Below the pieces are notes generated by a model. That model saw only the letters and a list, made by a program, of their open reading frames with translations, had not been told where the DNA came from and did not search any database. A DNA stretch of 64,000 nucleotides, taken from the NCBI GenBank assembly GCA_001599295.1, contig BCGN01000008.1, forward strand, positions 434,001 through 498,000. The letters run 5' to 3'. Positions 12,109 through 23,112 of this stretch are shown here, piece after piece (the first letter of the stretch is position 1; the number at the start of each line of letters is the position of its first letter). Position numbers and translations under genes: made by a program. This DNA comes from Sporopachydermia quercuum. Lineage: Eukaryota.

Positions 12109-13000
12109 TCACATGACAACACAGCATCTGGAAGAGCTCTTTTCCTTTTCCTTTGTAACAGGGGCAGTGGTTCTTTCGATCTTTTCAGNTTTTTCAAGCT
12201 TTTCAGTTCTTTCAGTTNCAGTAGTGGCAGGTACAGAAGCAGCAGGAGGGACTTCAGAACCAGGTGCTATTTTACTAGCGACCTTATAAAATTCTTCACC
12301 TTGGTAGAAACCAAGCTTGAGCTCAATTTCGGAGGCACTTCTGCTACCATCCATACCAGCATACATACCAGCACCCCAAGGAGAACCACCATGGATTTCA
12401 TCTAAGTTACTCAAAAGCTGGAAAACCTCCGGTCTACCATACCCAAGAGGAACATANATCATACCATGATGAATGAATGAACTGAGTGAGTTTCTGATTG
12501 TGGTTTCTTGGCCACCTTGAGGAGAGCCTGTGGAAACGAAAACACCAAATGGCTTACNGTGTAAAGCACCAGTTGCCCATAGAGGACCAGTTGAATCCCA
12601 GAAACTCTTAAATTGAGAAGGAATGGTGCCAAAACGGGTTGGAAAGCCAAATAATAAAGCATCGTATTCTGTCAATGTTTCGATTGTTGCTGGTGGGATA
12701 GAATCATCTTGACCTGGTGCTCCAATAGCAGTTAAAACATCAGCGGGAAGAGTCTCAGGGATCAAAAAGATGTCAGCTTGTCCTCCAACTGATTCAACAC
12801 CTTTCTTCTCCTCTTGAGCATAACCAATGATATGCCCGTAAGTGGAATATATTATAATCTACAAAAGTAATGATGTTAGTATTTAGAGCTCTTAGTATTC
12901 AGTCTATTGATTTTCCCCTTTATCTTCCTCATCAATTGTTCTTTAGCTGCCCAAAGTNAACGTTCCATTGCACAATCATACTTACTGCCACCTTGGTCAT
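12109..13000 (-). CDS. YCP4: Flavodoxin-like NAD(P)H:quinone oxidoreductase with lipidated C-terminus; exons 13000-12986 and 12858-12109
   Basis: Spliced N-terminus [36 protein letters not shown]; extended tail ending CCVVM as in Ycp4. Intron GTAAGT(12985)...TACTAAC...TAG(12859). Confidence 0.92.
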
Positions 13001-13464
13001 CTTGTATTCTTTGATGGACCCTTCTCAGTTTCTATGTTGACACGAAAAGCTATCGAGAAAATTGGCAATTCTCGGGCTTCATAAGAAAAACTCCATCAAA
13101 TTGTAAAAGTTGGCAAGGAACGGATTCTCTGAAGTATAAAAGACATTTGATAGTAACGAGGAGATTGAGATTATGTGTATAGCTATGAATGTCGAGCTTA
13201 TGTCAGGCTTACTTATGTCTTGGTAACTTATTTTCTGTAGATTAATTTTGCCAAATCGGTAATCAATTTCGTGTTAAAATGTCTATATTCTTTGGTAATC
13301 GCTGACAAATGTCCGAAAATAAATGTAATGAGGTCAATCAGTCATTCATCTGAGTAGAACATTCTTTATCCAAATGTGAAGCTTGGTGAATAGGTCAGAA
13401 AGATATGACAATTTAGGAGCAAAATAAGAATATATGTCGGAACAATATAGGTGAAACAGTGGTA

Positions 13465-14306
13465 TTACTAAGTAGTTAGTAAGGAACTCGGATTATCTAC
13501 TAGATTGGAGGGTAGATGAGATTGAGGTAGGAAGAAAATTAGTAAGTAAATGCAGGAATTCAATTCGGAAAAGATGATTTGGTTGCTATTTATTTAACCT
13601 AAGACAAGTGTGAAGGCAATATATTTACTATTGATTTCACCAAACAAATGATGAAATCCACGATTTACTTATCAAGAATTATCAATTGTGGTGAGAGCTC
13701 CCAAAAGAAAATATAAACAGAAACAATTAAGTTTCCTGACATACATAGATCACACATGTCAAACAAAAGTCATTATATAACATTGACTAATTTTGACATC
13801 AGGTGTGACAAATGTGCCATATGTATGTTAAGCTCATATGGCAATTGCAAGATCATCAATTATCGATCAGTAATGGAAAGAGATGGAACACACACATCTC
13901 AATTGAAGTACTATGAAAAATAGACGAGGGTATAAAGATATGACAGATAACAAACGAGTATCAACATCTGCCATAAAATGCTGGTTGGTATAACTCTTGT
14001 GGAAACAGATATATTTTTTTAGTGATTGTGAATAATGGTGTATATATATATATATGACGTGTCTGACACCCTCTGAAACGTTTCCCGTTGCACTCAACAT
14101 ATTGCTGTACATCATCTCCCCAGCTTGAAGACCAAATACTTTCTCTCATCTTCACATGTATTTATTTACTATCAAACAGTATTTGTATTATTAGTTGATT
14201 ACTTTGATGATTTTTGTTATGATTGTTGATTAATGCATTATTAATGCGAATTATAAGCAAATCGTTTTCCTATTTGGCTTAATCATCCTCAATCATCCAT
14301 TAGTCA
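13465..14306. promoter_or_regulatory. Cluster of Yap1/AP-1 response elements in the divergent YCP4-PST2 promoter
   Basis: TTACTAA 13465, TTAGTAA 13476, TTAGTAA 13539, TGACTAA 13784, TTAGTCA 14300. Confidence 0.65.
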
Positions 14307-14581
14307 AGACAAACCGCTTAACAAGCAAGATTTAAGTTTTGAAATAGGTTTGGTATANAGACTAGAACTATGACATGTACCGATAAGTCAAAATCCGTTC
14401 TGTTTCCCACAACTCTCATATAAATAACAGATATTCCTTCCTGAGTAAATGTTTTTTCTGGTTCAGCATAAAAGCTCACCATAGCGACTTCATTATCGCT
14501 TTGAATCCATCTGAACATTAATTTTTACACTGAAAGAGTGGAGAATTGAATCACCATATATAAGTATAAGAATTGAGCACA

Positions 14582-15190
14582 ATGGCACCAAGAGTTGCAG
14601 TTATCACATACTCCTTGTATGGACATGTCTATACCTTGGCTAAGTCTATCGTCAGTGGAGTTGAAGCCGCCGGTGGAAAGGCCGATTTATATCAAATTGC
14701 TGAAACTCTTCCTGATGAAGTTTTGACTTTGATGCATGCACCTCCCAAGCCAGATATCCCAATTGCTGACAAGAATACCTTGACTCAATACGATGCTTTC
14801 TTGTTCGGTATTCCCACCCGTTACGGTAATTTCCCTGCTCAATGGAAGTCTTTCTGGGATACTACTGGTAGTTTATGGGCTACTGGTGGTCTTTACCATA
14901 AGTATGCTGGTATCTTCGTTTCCACTGGTACCCCAGGTGGTGGTCAAGAAGTCACCGCTTTGAACGCTTTGTCTACTTTGACCCATCACGGTTTCATCTA
15001 TGTTCCTCTTGGTTACAAGGATGCTTTCCCACTATTGACTTCCTTCGATGAATTTCATGGTGGCTCTCCATGGGGTGCTGGTACTTTTGCTGGTGGCGAT
15101 GGTTCCAGAACTCCCAACAAGACCGAATTGGAAATTGCCAAGGTTCAAGGTAAGGCTTTCTACGAAGCCGTTTCCAAGGCTTTCCCTTAA
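14582..15190 (+). CDS. PST2: Flavodoxin-like NAD(P)H:quinone oxidoreductase (WrbA/Pst2 family)
   Basis: [39 protein letters not shown]; strongly biased codon usage suggests high expression; first ATG at 14582. Confidence 0.93.
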   Translation: MAPRVAVITYSLYGHVYTLAKSIVSGVEAAGGKADLYQIAETLPDEVLTLMHAPPKPDIPIADKNTLTQYDAFLFGIPTRYGNFPAQWKSFWDTTGSLWATGGLYHKYAGIFVSTGTPGGGQEVTALNALSTLTHHGFIYVPLGYKDAFPLLTSFDEFHGGSPWGAGTFAGGDGSRTPNKTELEIAKVQGKAFYEAVSKAFP

Positions 15191-15620
15191 ATTTTCAAAT
15201 AAATAGTGTAATTTATTATGTTTGTATGTTCTATAAAGTATTGGTAAATATGATAGGAAAACCAGAAGGAAATGACCCCAATTCCATTCTTCCATTCATT
15301 CATTCTCCCAACAGACCCTTCGCTCTCCTTATCAATTGACTTCGACTTTCCTTAGCAAGTAATCTGAANATAATGCATAATGAGAGAATTTACCCTGTTT
15401 TGAGACTAAATATGTTCGCGTAATCTGAAACTTTCATTATCTATGGTGGTGTAATTTTATGTCAACCGTTCCTTTTCTACCTAACTGTAGTTAATGAAAA
15501 ATAAGCCGACATACTAAAGGTTGAAAAAGGAGTGTATATACAATATATCTATACGGCCAGTAGGCTCATTCAGTAGTGAACANAACCTTCAAGAGCTTAT
15601 TCAAAATATTTCTTACAACA

Positions 15621-16156
15621 ATGTCTGACGTTGCTGGAATATTGGATCAGTATCTATTGGAAGATGTGAGTTAATTTTATTTGATCAGAAGTATCCTACT
15701 GACGAATCTTGTTATTGAAATATAGGGTATTATGTTCTAACTTTCAGATTGCTAAAAACTGTCCTCAAGAATTTTTAGATTATCATAAGTGTCGTGTGGG
15801 GTATAATCCATGTGTTGAACAGCAAGATAATCTACAAAAGTGCATTCGAACAAAGTAAGTCTTCCGGTCAAAATCATATCACACTAACTTGCACTTTAAT
15901 AGCGCTATTGAAATTAACTTTATATTACAGGGTCAAGTCATTCATTAAAATTCTGAATATCTGCGAAAAACAAATGAAAGAATATGAAAACTGTTTAATT
16001 CAAAATCCTAATGAGAGATCAAAATGTATCAGTGAATTAACAGCAATGAGAAGCTGTGCTGGTAATGTAGTAGGCATCAAAGAATCAAACTTAGGTAAAG
16101 CTAAGAACATTGAAGGTGTCGATGAATTGAAAGAAATTGATCAAAGAAGATCCTAA
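15621..16156 (+). CDS. MIX14: Mitochondrial intermembrane-space CX9C protein (Mix14/CHCHD5-like); exons 15621-15665, 15748-15854, 15931-16156
   Basis: Spliced product MSDVAGILDQYLLED|IAKNCPQEFLDYHKC...CVEQQDNLQKC...CEKQMKEYENC...CISELTAMRSC has four CX9C motifs. Introns GTGAGT..TTCTAAC..CAG and GTAAGT..ATTAAC..CAG keep the frame. Confidence 0.88.
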
Positions 16157-16560
16157 TTACTTTCACAATACTATGTATTCTTGTTTATATATTTCATTAT
16201 ATTTTATTCATACTCTTTGAATATATTTATTTACCAACACTTCGTAGAAATTCCTTCCGTCATTGTTTGCACCTTTCNTGAAGTTTGAATACAAGCCCAT
16301 ATATTATAATTGCTTAGCGTCTCATCTCAAAGAAGCGTGATAACCTCATACTGAATATCTTCTACTATATGGGGTTGTTACTTACAAATTGTCAAAGCAA
16401 AACAAACAAATTCTAGAGCTTTTGTCCATAATGTAAAAAAACGAATGAACCAAAAATTTACAGTATCATGTTCTTCGTTAGAGTGTTGATTATGACATCG
16501 ATTTACTGGTTCAGCTAACTGAGAAAAGACAGAGAACCAGCTATAGGCAGATTGGGCTCA

Positions 16561-17367
16561 ATGACAGATGAAAGGGCATGGTATTCGTTGTTGGAAAGCA
16601 ACTCTACTCCAGATCTACCATCATCACATCCTTCTCTAAGACGAAGAAATAGAAGAGAAACCAATAATTTTACTAGCTCACAATTATATCTGCGTGATCT
16701 TNTTCAACAATCACAGTCAACAGAAAACCTAGTACTTGACATTAACTCATCAGCATCAGCATCATCATCACCTAATAGGAGGACCCCATCGTTATCCTTA
16801 TACCCCAATGATGGAACTGATAGTGAGACACCATATATTGACCCTACTCCACCTCAAACTGAATATTTTGGATTTGCACTGTATCTTTTATCAACGCTTG
16901 TGTTTTTGATTTATTTATTTTGGGCATATCTACCTCAATCCGTACTTAATGCTCTTGAAATATACTACTACCCTTCGCGATGGTGGGCGGTAGCTATACC
17001 AAGTTTACTGATAATGGTGATATGTTACATATATATAGCATTAGCATGTTTCAACATAGAAGTGCTTACGAAAGATTTGAGTTCCATAAATGTTCTGATG
17101 GATGGTGCTAGTCGAATGGCGAATGAAAGTTCTTNCCAGGTGGAAAAGTCGTTCAGGTTGAAGTTAGATGAAAAAGAAGTTAACGGAAAGGAGGCTGATG
17201 AGCTGAGTAATGGAGCTCATGATGAAGTACTGTCAGATGGGGAAAGCGTGATTGACACAGGTGCATATGAGTACTTCTGGAAAGCTAGTAATGGTGTTTG
17301 GGATTTACCGATGGCAGAGGTCTGTAAGGTGCTATATCTAAATGAAGAAACAGATGATGAGTTATGA
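16561..17367 (+). CDS. GPI19: GPI-GlcNAc transferase subunit PIG-P
   Basis: EYFGFALY...YLFWAYLP...YYYPSRWWAVAIP and C-terminal GVWDLPMAEVCKVLY; two hydrophobic segments. Confidence 0.9.
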   Translation: MTDERAWYSLLESNSTPDLPSSHPSLRRRNRRETNNFTSSQLYLRDLXQQSQSTENLVLDINSSASASSSPNRRTPSLSLYPNDGTDSETPYIDPTPPQTEYFGFALYLLSTLVFLIYLFWAYLPQSVLNALEIYYYPSRWWAVAIPSLLIMVICYIYIALACFNIEVLTKDLSSINVLMDGASRMANESSXQVEKSFRLKLDEKEVNGKEADELSNGAHDEVLSDGESVIDTGAYEYFWKASNGVWDLPMAEVCKVLYLNEETDDEL

Positions 17368-17849
17368 GATCGAAGAGGTATTTGTATTCCGTTATTTTTC
17401 AGTGCGGTGTTACTAGCTAAGTTTTTGGTGATTCCTAAAACAATACTATGTATGTTTCTTATCTTGGTATCCGATCTATTGTTTCATGACATATTGATGC
17501 ATCTAATGCGTAACAGTATCCCTGTGAACACCCTGTACTATATGTGATATTTAATCTGTCGCTTTAGATATATTCTATTATTTCTAAAGTTTCTTTCGTA
17601 TATCTAATAATTTATTTTGAGCAATCCTAATTCNACTTAATAACTGTAGCACGGCATATAAAAGTAAGCTACTGGTGCATGATTTGTGCGCAAGTTAATC
17701 TCGTCCAGTTTGTGAGTAAAAACGTGTAACAATTCATAATATTTTGGATATAATCTGAGTTCATTCATGACCATGAATAAACCCGTTCATAAATTGTATT
17801 ATAATTATTCAACTTGTTAGTTGTTCACTCAGAAAATGAGATAACGACT

Positions 17850-17911
17850 CACGTGATACAAGTCTCTCAATTAGTCACTCTCTATAGAAAAGAAAATTGG
17901 AACAAACGCGT
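17850..17911 (+). promoter_or_regulatory. CACGTG (Cbf1-type) and ACGCGT (MCB) elements upstream of DAD1
   Basis: TCACGTGA around 17849-17856 and ACGCGT at 17906-17911, 130-190 bp before the DAD1 ATG. Confidence 0.4.
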
Positions 17912-18038
17912 CAGGTCTGTGCACAACATATAATACTTACAATGCCAGCAAAGAGAATATATATTGTTCCGATCAGATCATTAGATTTGTTTGGTAAAAC
18001 TTAAATGTTTGTTGATAATATAGTAATAATAATTCAAC

Positions 18039-18419
18039 ATGTCCGATAACAGCAATAGTAATACAAGATTAACGTATTTCGAGAGACAGCGAGATGCACT
18101 TATCTCTGAGATATCCATTGTATGTAATAACCGAAGTAGAAAATGGCCGATAATTCTTGAATAATAGAAGCATAGTCTTTTTTAAACTTATTATGTTTGA
18201 TGTATTTGAGCTAACTAACTGTTATAGAGTATGGATTCTGTTCTGAATAATATCAATTCATTGAACAGATCGCTAGAAGGTGTGGTGCAAGTCGGAAAGG
18301 AGTTCGATGGATTGTCAGCACAATGGAAGTCATTTTATGATGAAGTTGCTCAACCGCAAGGACAAGCAAAAGATGGAAATACCGAGAAAGGTGGTAATAA
18401 CGGTAGTAAGGTTAATTGA
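18039..18419 (+). CDS. DAD1: DASH/Dam1 kinetochore complex subunit Dad1; exons 18039-18119 and 18228-18419
   Basis: YFERQRDALISEISI|SMDSVLNNINSLNRSLEGVVQVGKEF...WKSFY; intron GTATGT(18120)...ACTAAC...TAG(18227). Confidence 0.92.
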
Positions 18420-18529
18420 TTAAGGAAAAATAGGATAAATTTTAATGAATTGGGTAATCGAAGGGAGCTCACAATCTTTGTAGAAGAAAGTCTGTACAAT
18501 TAGGTCAGTAGCATAAAATAGCAATGTTC

Positions 18530-19735
18530 TTACATTATTACACACTTGTGAGAGTTTGCTCTAGTAAATGAGGATTCTTCGTCGTGGTTGAACTTATGCC
18601 TGTGGAAATTTGTTGATAATTTTCTTCTTAGATTCACGATTGATTTGCGATGAGAAATCGGTCGAGCAAAAACACTTTCTTTTGATGAAATGAAGGATTT
18701 GTTTGAGTTAGAAGATCCAGGGTGTCTTGAAGGTGATGCCACCAGATCTGAATCTAATACAATTATATCATTTATGATATCTGATTTGTTTTGATATCTA
18801 GCAAAACGAAACAGTTTACTTCTTGAACTTCTTTTCTTCAATACTTGTTGCCGATATACTTTTGATGATTCCGGTGATTGTAATTCCTTAACATTATCAG
18901 TCAGAGTACTGCGCTCATATTTTGTCGTTGAAAGAGAAATAATTTCTTTCAAAATTGTTAGAGGTTTATCTGGCTCCATTAAAGCTGACACAGAGAAAAC
19001 ACAACTTGCTTTTAAAGCACGCTGAACCTGTGTAATTGCAGCCAATGTAATATTTGGATCAAGATTGTCTGACTTTAGACCAAGAAGATAAATATCAGCA
19101 CCTCTGCAATGAACTTCTGTCTCATACAACCAATAAGTAATAATGTTTTCCAATGATTCTATTGAGCTCATATTGAAACAAATGATCAAGATTGTAGCGT
19201 CGACATAACATAGAGGCCGAATTCTGTCTAGTTCAGGATCTCCTGATGGATCCCAAACTACCGCTTGTGTAGTTTCATCAATTGGAATGAGATATTTGTT
19301 AAAGACACTAGGGGTGTTGGCTTGACTGAACTTTCCTGAGCAGCAAGTTTGAAGAAATGATGTTTTTCCGATGTCTGGATCTCCTACCATAACAATGTTA
19401 ATTGACTCGTCACTTTGTAAAAGATCTGTCATCATTCGCATCTCAGGTACTGAACCGCTTTTCGGTTTTATTGTTCCAGTGTTTCCATTATTTCCACTCG
19501 GTAAAACTAATTTTGGCTGGGTTATATTATCACTAGAGCACTGTGTATTATTGAACTGCTCATAAGGATTTCCAAGATCATAGTTCCTATTCCGAATGTT
19601 CCCATAATTCTCATCGTTACCATTTTCTTCGTCTCCTCCACCTCCTCTTGAAAACAAAGGTGGCGTGTTCTGGTAGATATCATCATACCAGCTATTAGCC
19701 TGCTGATTTTTTCGTATAATAACTGTCTCAGACAT
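18530..19735 (-). CDS. Atypical Rho-family GTPase with long N- and C-terminal extensions and CaaX box
   Basis: IVMVGDPDIGKT (G1), PSVF (switch I), WDPSGD (G3), RIRPLCY, GLKSD (G4), VSAL (G5), C-terminal CVIM. Confidence 0.88.
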   Translation of the reverse strand: MSETVIIRKNQQANSWYDDIYQNTPPLFSRGGGGDEENGNDENYGNIRNRNYDLGNPYEQFNNTQCSSDNITQPKLVLPSGNNGNTGTIKPKSGSVPEMRMMTDLLQSDESINIVMVGDPDIGKTSFLQTCCSGKFSQANTPSVFNKYLIPIDETTQAVVWDPSGDPELDRIRPLCYVDATILIICFNMSSIESLENIITYWLYETEVHCRGADIYLLGLKSDNLDPNITLAAITQVQRALKASCVFSVSALMEPDKPLTILKEIISLSTTKYERSTLTDNVKELQSPESSKVYRQQVLKKRSSRSKLFRFARYQNKSDIINDIIVLDSDLVASPSRHPGSSNSNKSFISSKESVFARPISHRKSIVNLRRKLSTNFHRHKFNHDEESSFTRANSHKCVIM

Positions 19736-22117
19736 GGTTTTTTGACTGATGATTAAGCAGAATTGATGTTGATCGAACTCTCATTTACACGTACAGTTGA
19801 AGTAAAAAAAAAAACTGGCTAGTTTGATAGCAATATTGTGGGTATTATATGTGATTTTCATCATTTGATACAGATTATTTGATGGAGATAGTCAAGTATA
19901 CAGACAATACAAAAGTGTATGGCAAATGATGGAAATAGCAAGATCTTGTTTATATTGGAAGTTCGTTGAATCTTTTATTTGTGATACAGTCTTTGCGATT
20001 TTGCAATTAAAGAATTGCAACTGTGAAGTATTGCAGATTAAGTTAAGATTATATCTGAAGTTAGATTTAAGTTGAGATCCTAGCTNAAACTCTGTTTTAT
20101 CTCTGTAAGGGGAATTATCTATTCCTCTGACTAAAAAAATGAACGCGGTGTATAAGAAACGGAATTGTATCAGTTGACTGTATTTCAAAAAATTTGAGTA
20201 AGTTATTCATACTACTCTTATTATTCAGTAACTAACAGTGGAGTAACGGATGTCACAGTATACTTTGTCGTACAAACACATATACATATTCAAGGAACAT
20301 CGCAGAACTGCTAAGCCAACTTATGGATGGCCTCCAATATCTGTTGGGCGCTGCATTTGAGGGGTTTCTTTCCTTCGAAATCTTCATGATTGTAGTTATT
20401 GCTGGTGGTTTGCTTAACAACATGTCTTCACCATTGATGTTTCCTATTGACTGGCCACAGCTCTCCCAATTCTGACGGACTGTTCAATAAGCCTAAAGGG
20501 TGCTGAACAGGTGACGAGCATACTTAGTATAATAATGTAACTAGTAAAAGTAACATTTCATTTTCATTCAGAAAAGAAAAGAAAAAATAATCTTAGAAAC
20601 AACTCCTCCCATTTCATGAAAGAATTGATTATCTGACAGGTAATCGTAGCTAGTTCACTTGCATGTGATCATGAAAATTGATATGCTCGAAAATAAAATG
20701 CTTATGTTTAAGTTTGACAATTGAAATAGATTTTGCGGAACAAATTAAAATGTAATTCAACTGAAATCAAGACTTATCATCAAAGGAATTTGCTCTTTCT
20801 TCTCTTTTTCAAACTTTTATATTTTTATTTCAATATTTGCAATTCTTTCAAATTTCAAACTTCAAAGTAGTCAAGTATTAAGGTGAAATCATTGGTAATG
20901 CTGAAAAAAAGGAGTTGTAAAGTATAATGCATTTCTCGCTTAACTCTAATTTTGCTTTGAAAACTCAGTTCAACTTATTGAAGAAACAATTTTAAAAGAT
21001 TCTAAATATCAATCACTATCACACTACAGTTCTTGTCAAGTAATTATGAGGCAGGAAAAAGAAAGGAAATACTGGCATTTTGTTCACTTGCCAGGGAAAT
21101 GGTTTAAGAATCAAAGAGTAGATAATAGGTATAATAGAAAATAAAATTTGAAATAAGCGAGAATTAGTTTAGGTTTCAAAGCTTATTAGAGTATCATGCA
21201 CTATGAGCCCATCTTCTAATCACAAAAGAACCTTCACAAAGAAAAGAAGAATAAACAATAAACGAGGGCATGATTTCTCTTAAATATTCTCACTGTTTAC
21301 CTTAAGTCCATTATTAAATAGCAATAAAAATGAAAAGAAATACTCCAAGTTCTCTTCTATTGACTTCTGTTCGTATTTCTGTTGTATATCATCTTCCAAA
21401 AAGACTCTTAATCGGTGGAGACGAAAATACGTTAGACTATCACAGATAGAATAATCAATCATGATATTGTCCACCCATCGTACCTAATTTTTTGGTGAAC
21501 GTAAGTCCCTCCTAGTTGCATTCCTGACTCGAGATCCGTTACTGGGATGAAATGAAACATATTAATCATTCTACACTACTGTTGCAGTGTAGGTGAGGGA
21601 ACGAAAACAGGAAGAGTTGTCAAGTTGAGTTTAGACATAAACTCACGTCAATATTTTTCGCTTATGGATTTTGTATCATACAGCTAAATCATTGTTGACT
21701 CCTTGTGCTGTTATATCGCACATAGGTTGGAAGATTATCGGTAAGCAATGATGCTGCGAAAAGGCACTAATAAATGACATCTAACTTGTTGACTACGAAT
21801 AACTAATGGTAATGGAAAAAATGAGGTGGAGCAATGACAGCATTTCATGCGACTTTAAACGCTCACATTTTGAGGAGCGCAAAAACCAATAAAAATTCTA
21901 TGCAGATCAATGCATATGAAACATTTAAAACGTTGATTGTGTCGTTTAGTACAGGCAAAATTAATTGAAAGTAGGTTTATTATGAAATAAAACTATGAGC
22001 ATATTATACCAGACTACCATTAACATAAAATCCTTTATATCCATGTCTACTCTCATCCAGTGTAGTAATTAATCAGTCGTCTCATTTTGCGGCCATTGAT
22101 ATTTTGTGGCGGCACGT

Positions 22118-22745
22118 TTATCGGCTGTAGGACCAGACGTTCTTTAATAAACCATCTCTTTGAGCAAGACGGTTGAGGGAGTCATCAGCTTCACCTCTGG
22201 ATCTGACGTACCCACATAACACATAAGAGGTAACATCACCAGGGATGATTTGTCCATTGGCACCAACATTGGCAATGTTGATTTGAACAGAGGCGTGATC
22301 CTTAGCCTTGATGATACGGTTAGTGGCAGAGCACTTTCTTGGAACGTAAAGTTCGACCTATCGATTGTTAGTAAGACCGATGATGCAAATACTGTATTGT
22401 ACGGTGTATGCGTGTAAGTTCGACTTATGATTTCGAATATTCCTCCGAAAGAAATGTGTTGAATTGCCCCTCGATGTTGATTACATAGATATATCTCCTT
22501 GATGTTTTAATCGTTCTAAAGCCATCTATTTTCAACACATATGAAAATTTCATTGCATTCATAACTGTTCGCACTGCATTATATACTTCAAACCACCACA
22601 ATTTTTCTATTTCTAGTGATAAATTCCCACTTGATTCCTTTCTTGCTCTACAGCTAATACAAATCAAAAAAATAAGTCATTAAATCAAACTTCCACCATC
22701 GACATTGATTTCAATACATACGAGTTCACCTCTTTCGTTTTCCAT
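22118..22745 (-). CDS. RPS21: 40S ribosomal protein S21 (eS21); exons 22745-22722 and 22357-22118
   Basis: Hand translation [37 protein letters not shown]...[31 protein letters not shown]; intron GTATGT(22721)...TACTAAC...TAG(22358). Absent from the ORF track. Confidence 0.97.
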
Positions 22746-23071
22746 TTTGACTGATTACTGTATATTTTATGACTTAGTAGAATCAATGTACGACAATACC
22801 ATAAAATAAACACAATAATACAATATTTCAATACCTTGTGAAAGAAGAAGTTGATATCGAATAACTGTCTAGGACCGTCGCTGTTCCAAGCTCCATACTG
22901 GAAGGTTAGGCTCAACTCACAGTACACTGTTACTCTGCGTGGGTCGGTTACTCTCATCGCATAGTAGATTAACATTTTTTCAGCAGCCTGAGAGGAGGGG
23001 AAAAGAATGCTAAAATATAAATACTCATACCGGTCTGAAACGTTCATAAGTTAGCGCACCCATTTCGCCAA

Positions 23072-23112
23072 AGCCCTATTATAAAGCACGTGATAAATAT
23101 ATTATCCACGTG
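23072..23112. promoter_or_regulatory. Candidate Tbf1 and Cbf1 sites upstream of RPS21
   Basis: AGCCCTA 23072-23078 (TAGGGCT on minus strand), CACGTG 23087-23092 and CACGTG 23107-23112. Confidence 0.45.

Noticed and set aside
13648..13739. ATGATGA...CTGA pair with 9 nt complementary to 18S rRNA (GAAACTTAA)
   Set aside because: Guide too short, no terminal stem, and located in an AT-rich promoter.
21515..21565. snR30/U17-like m1 and m2 motifs (GCATTCCTG...GAAACAT)
   Set aside because: Both motifs are imperfect and the closing stem and correctly placed ACA box are missing.
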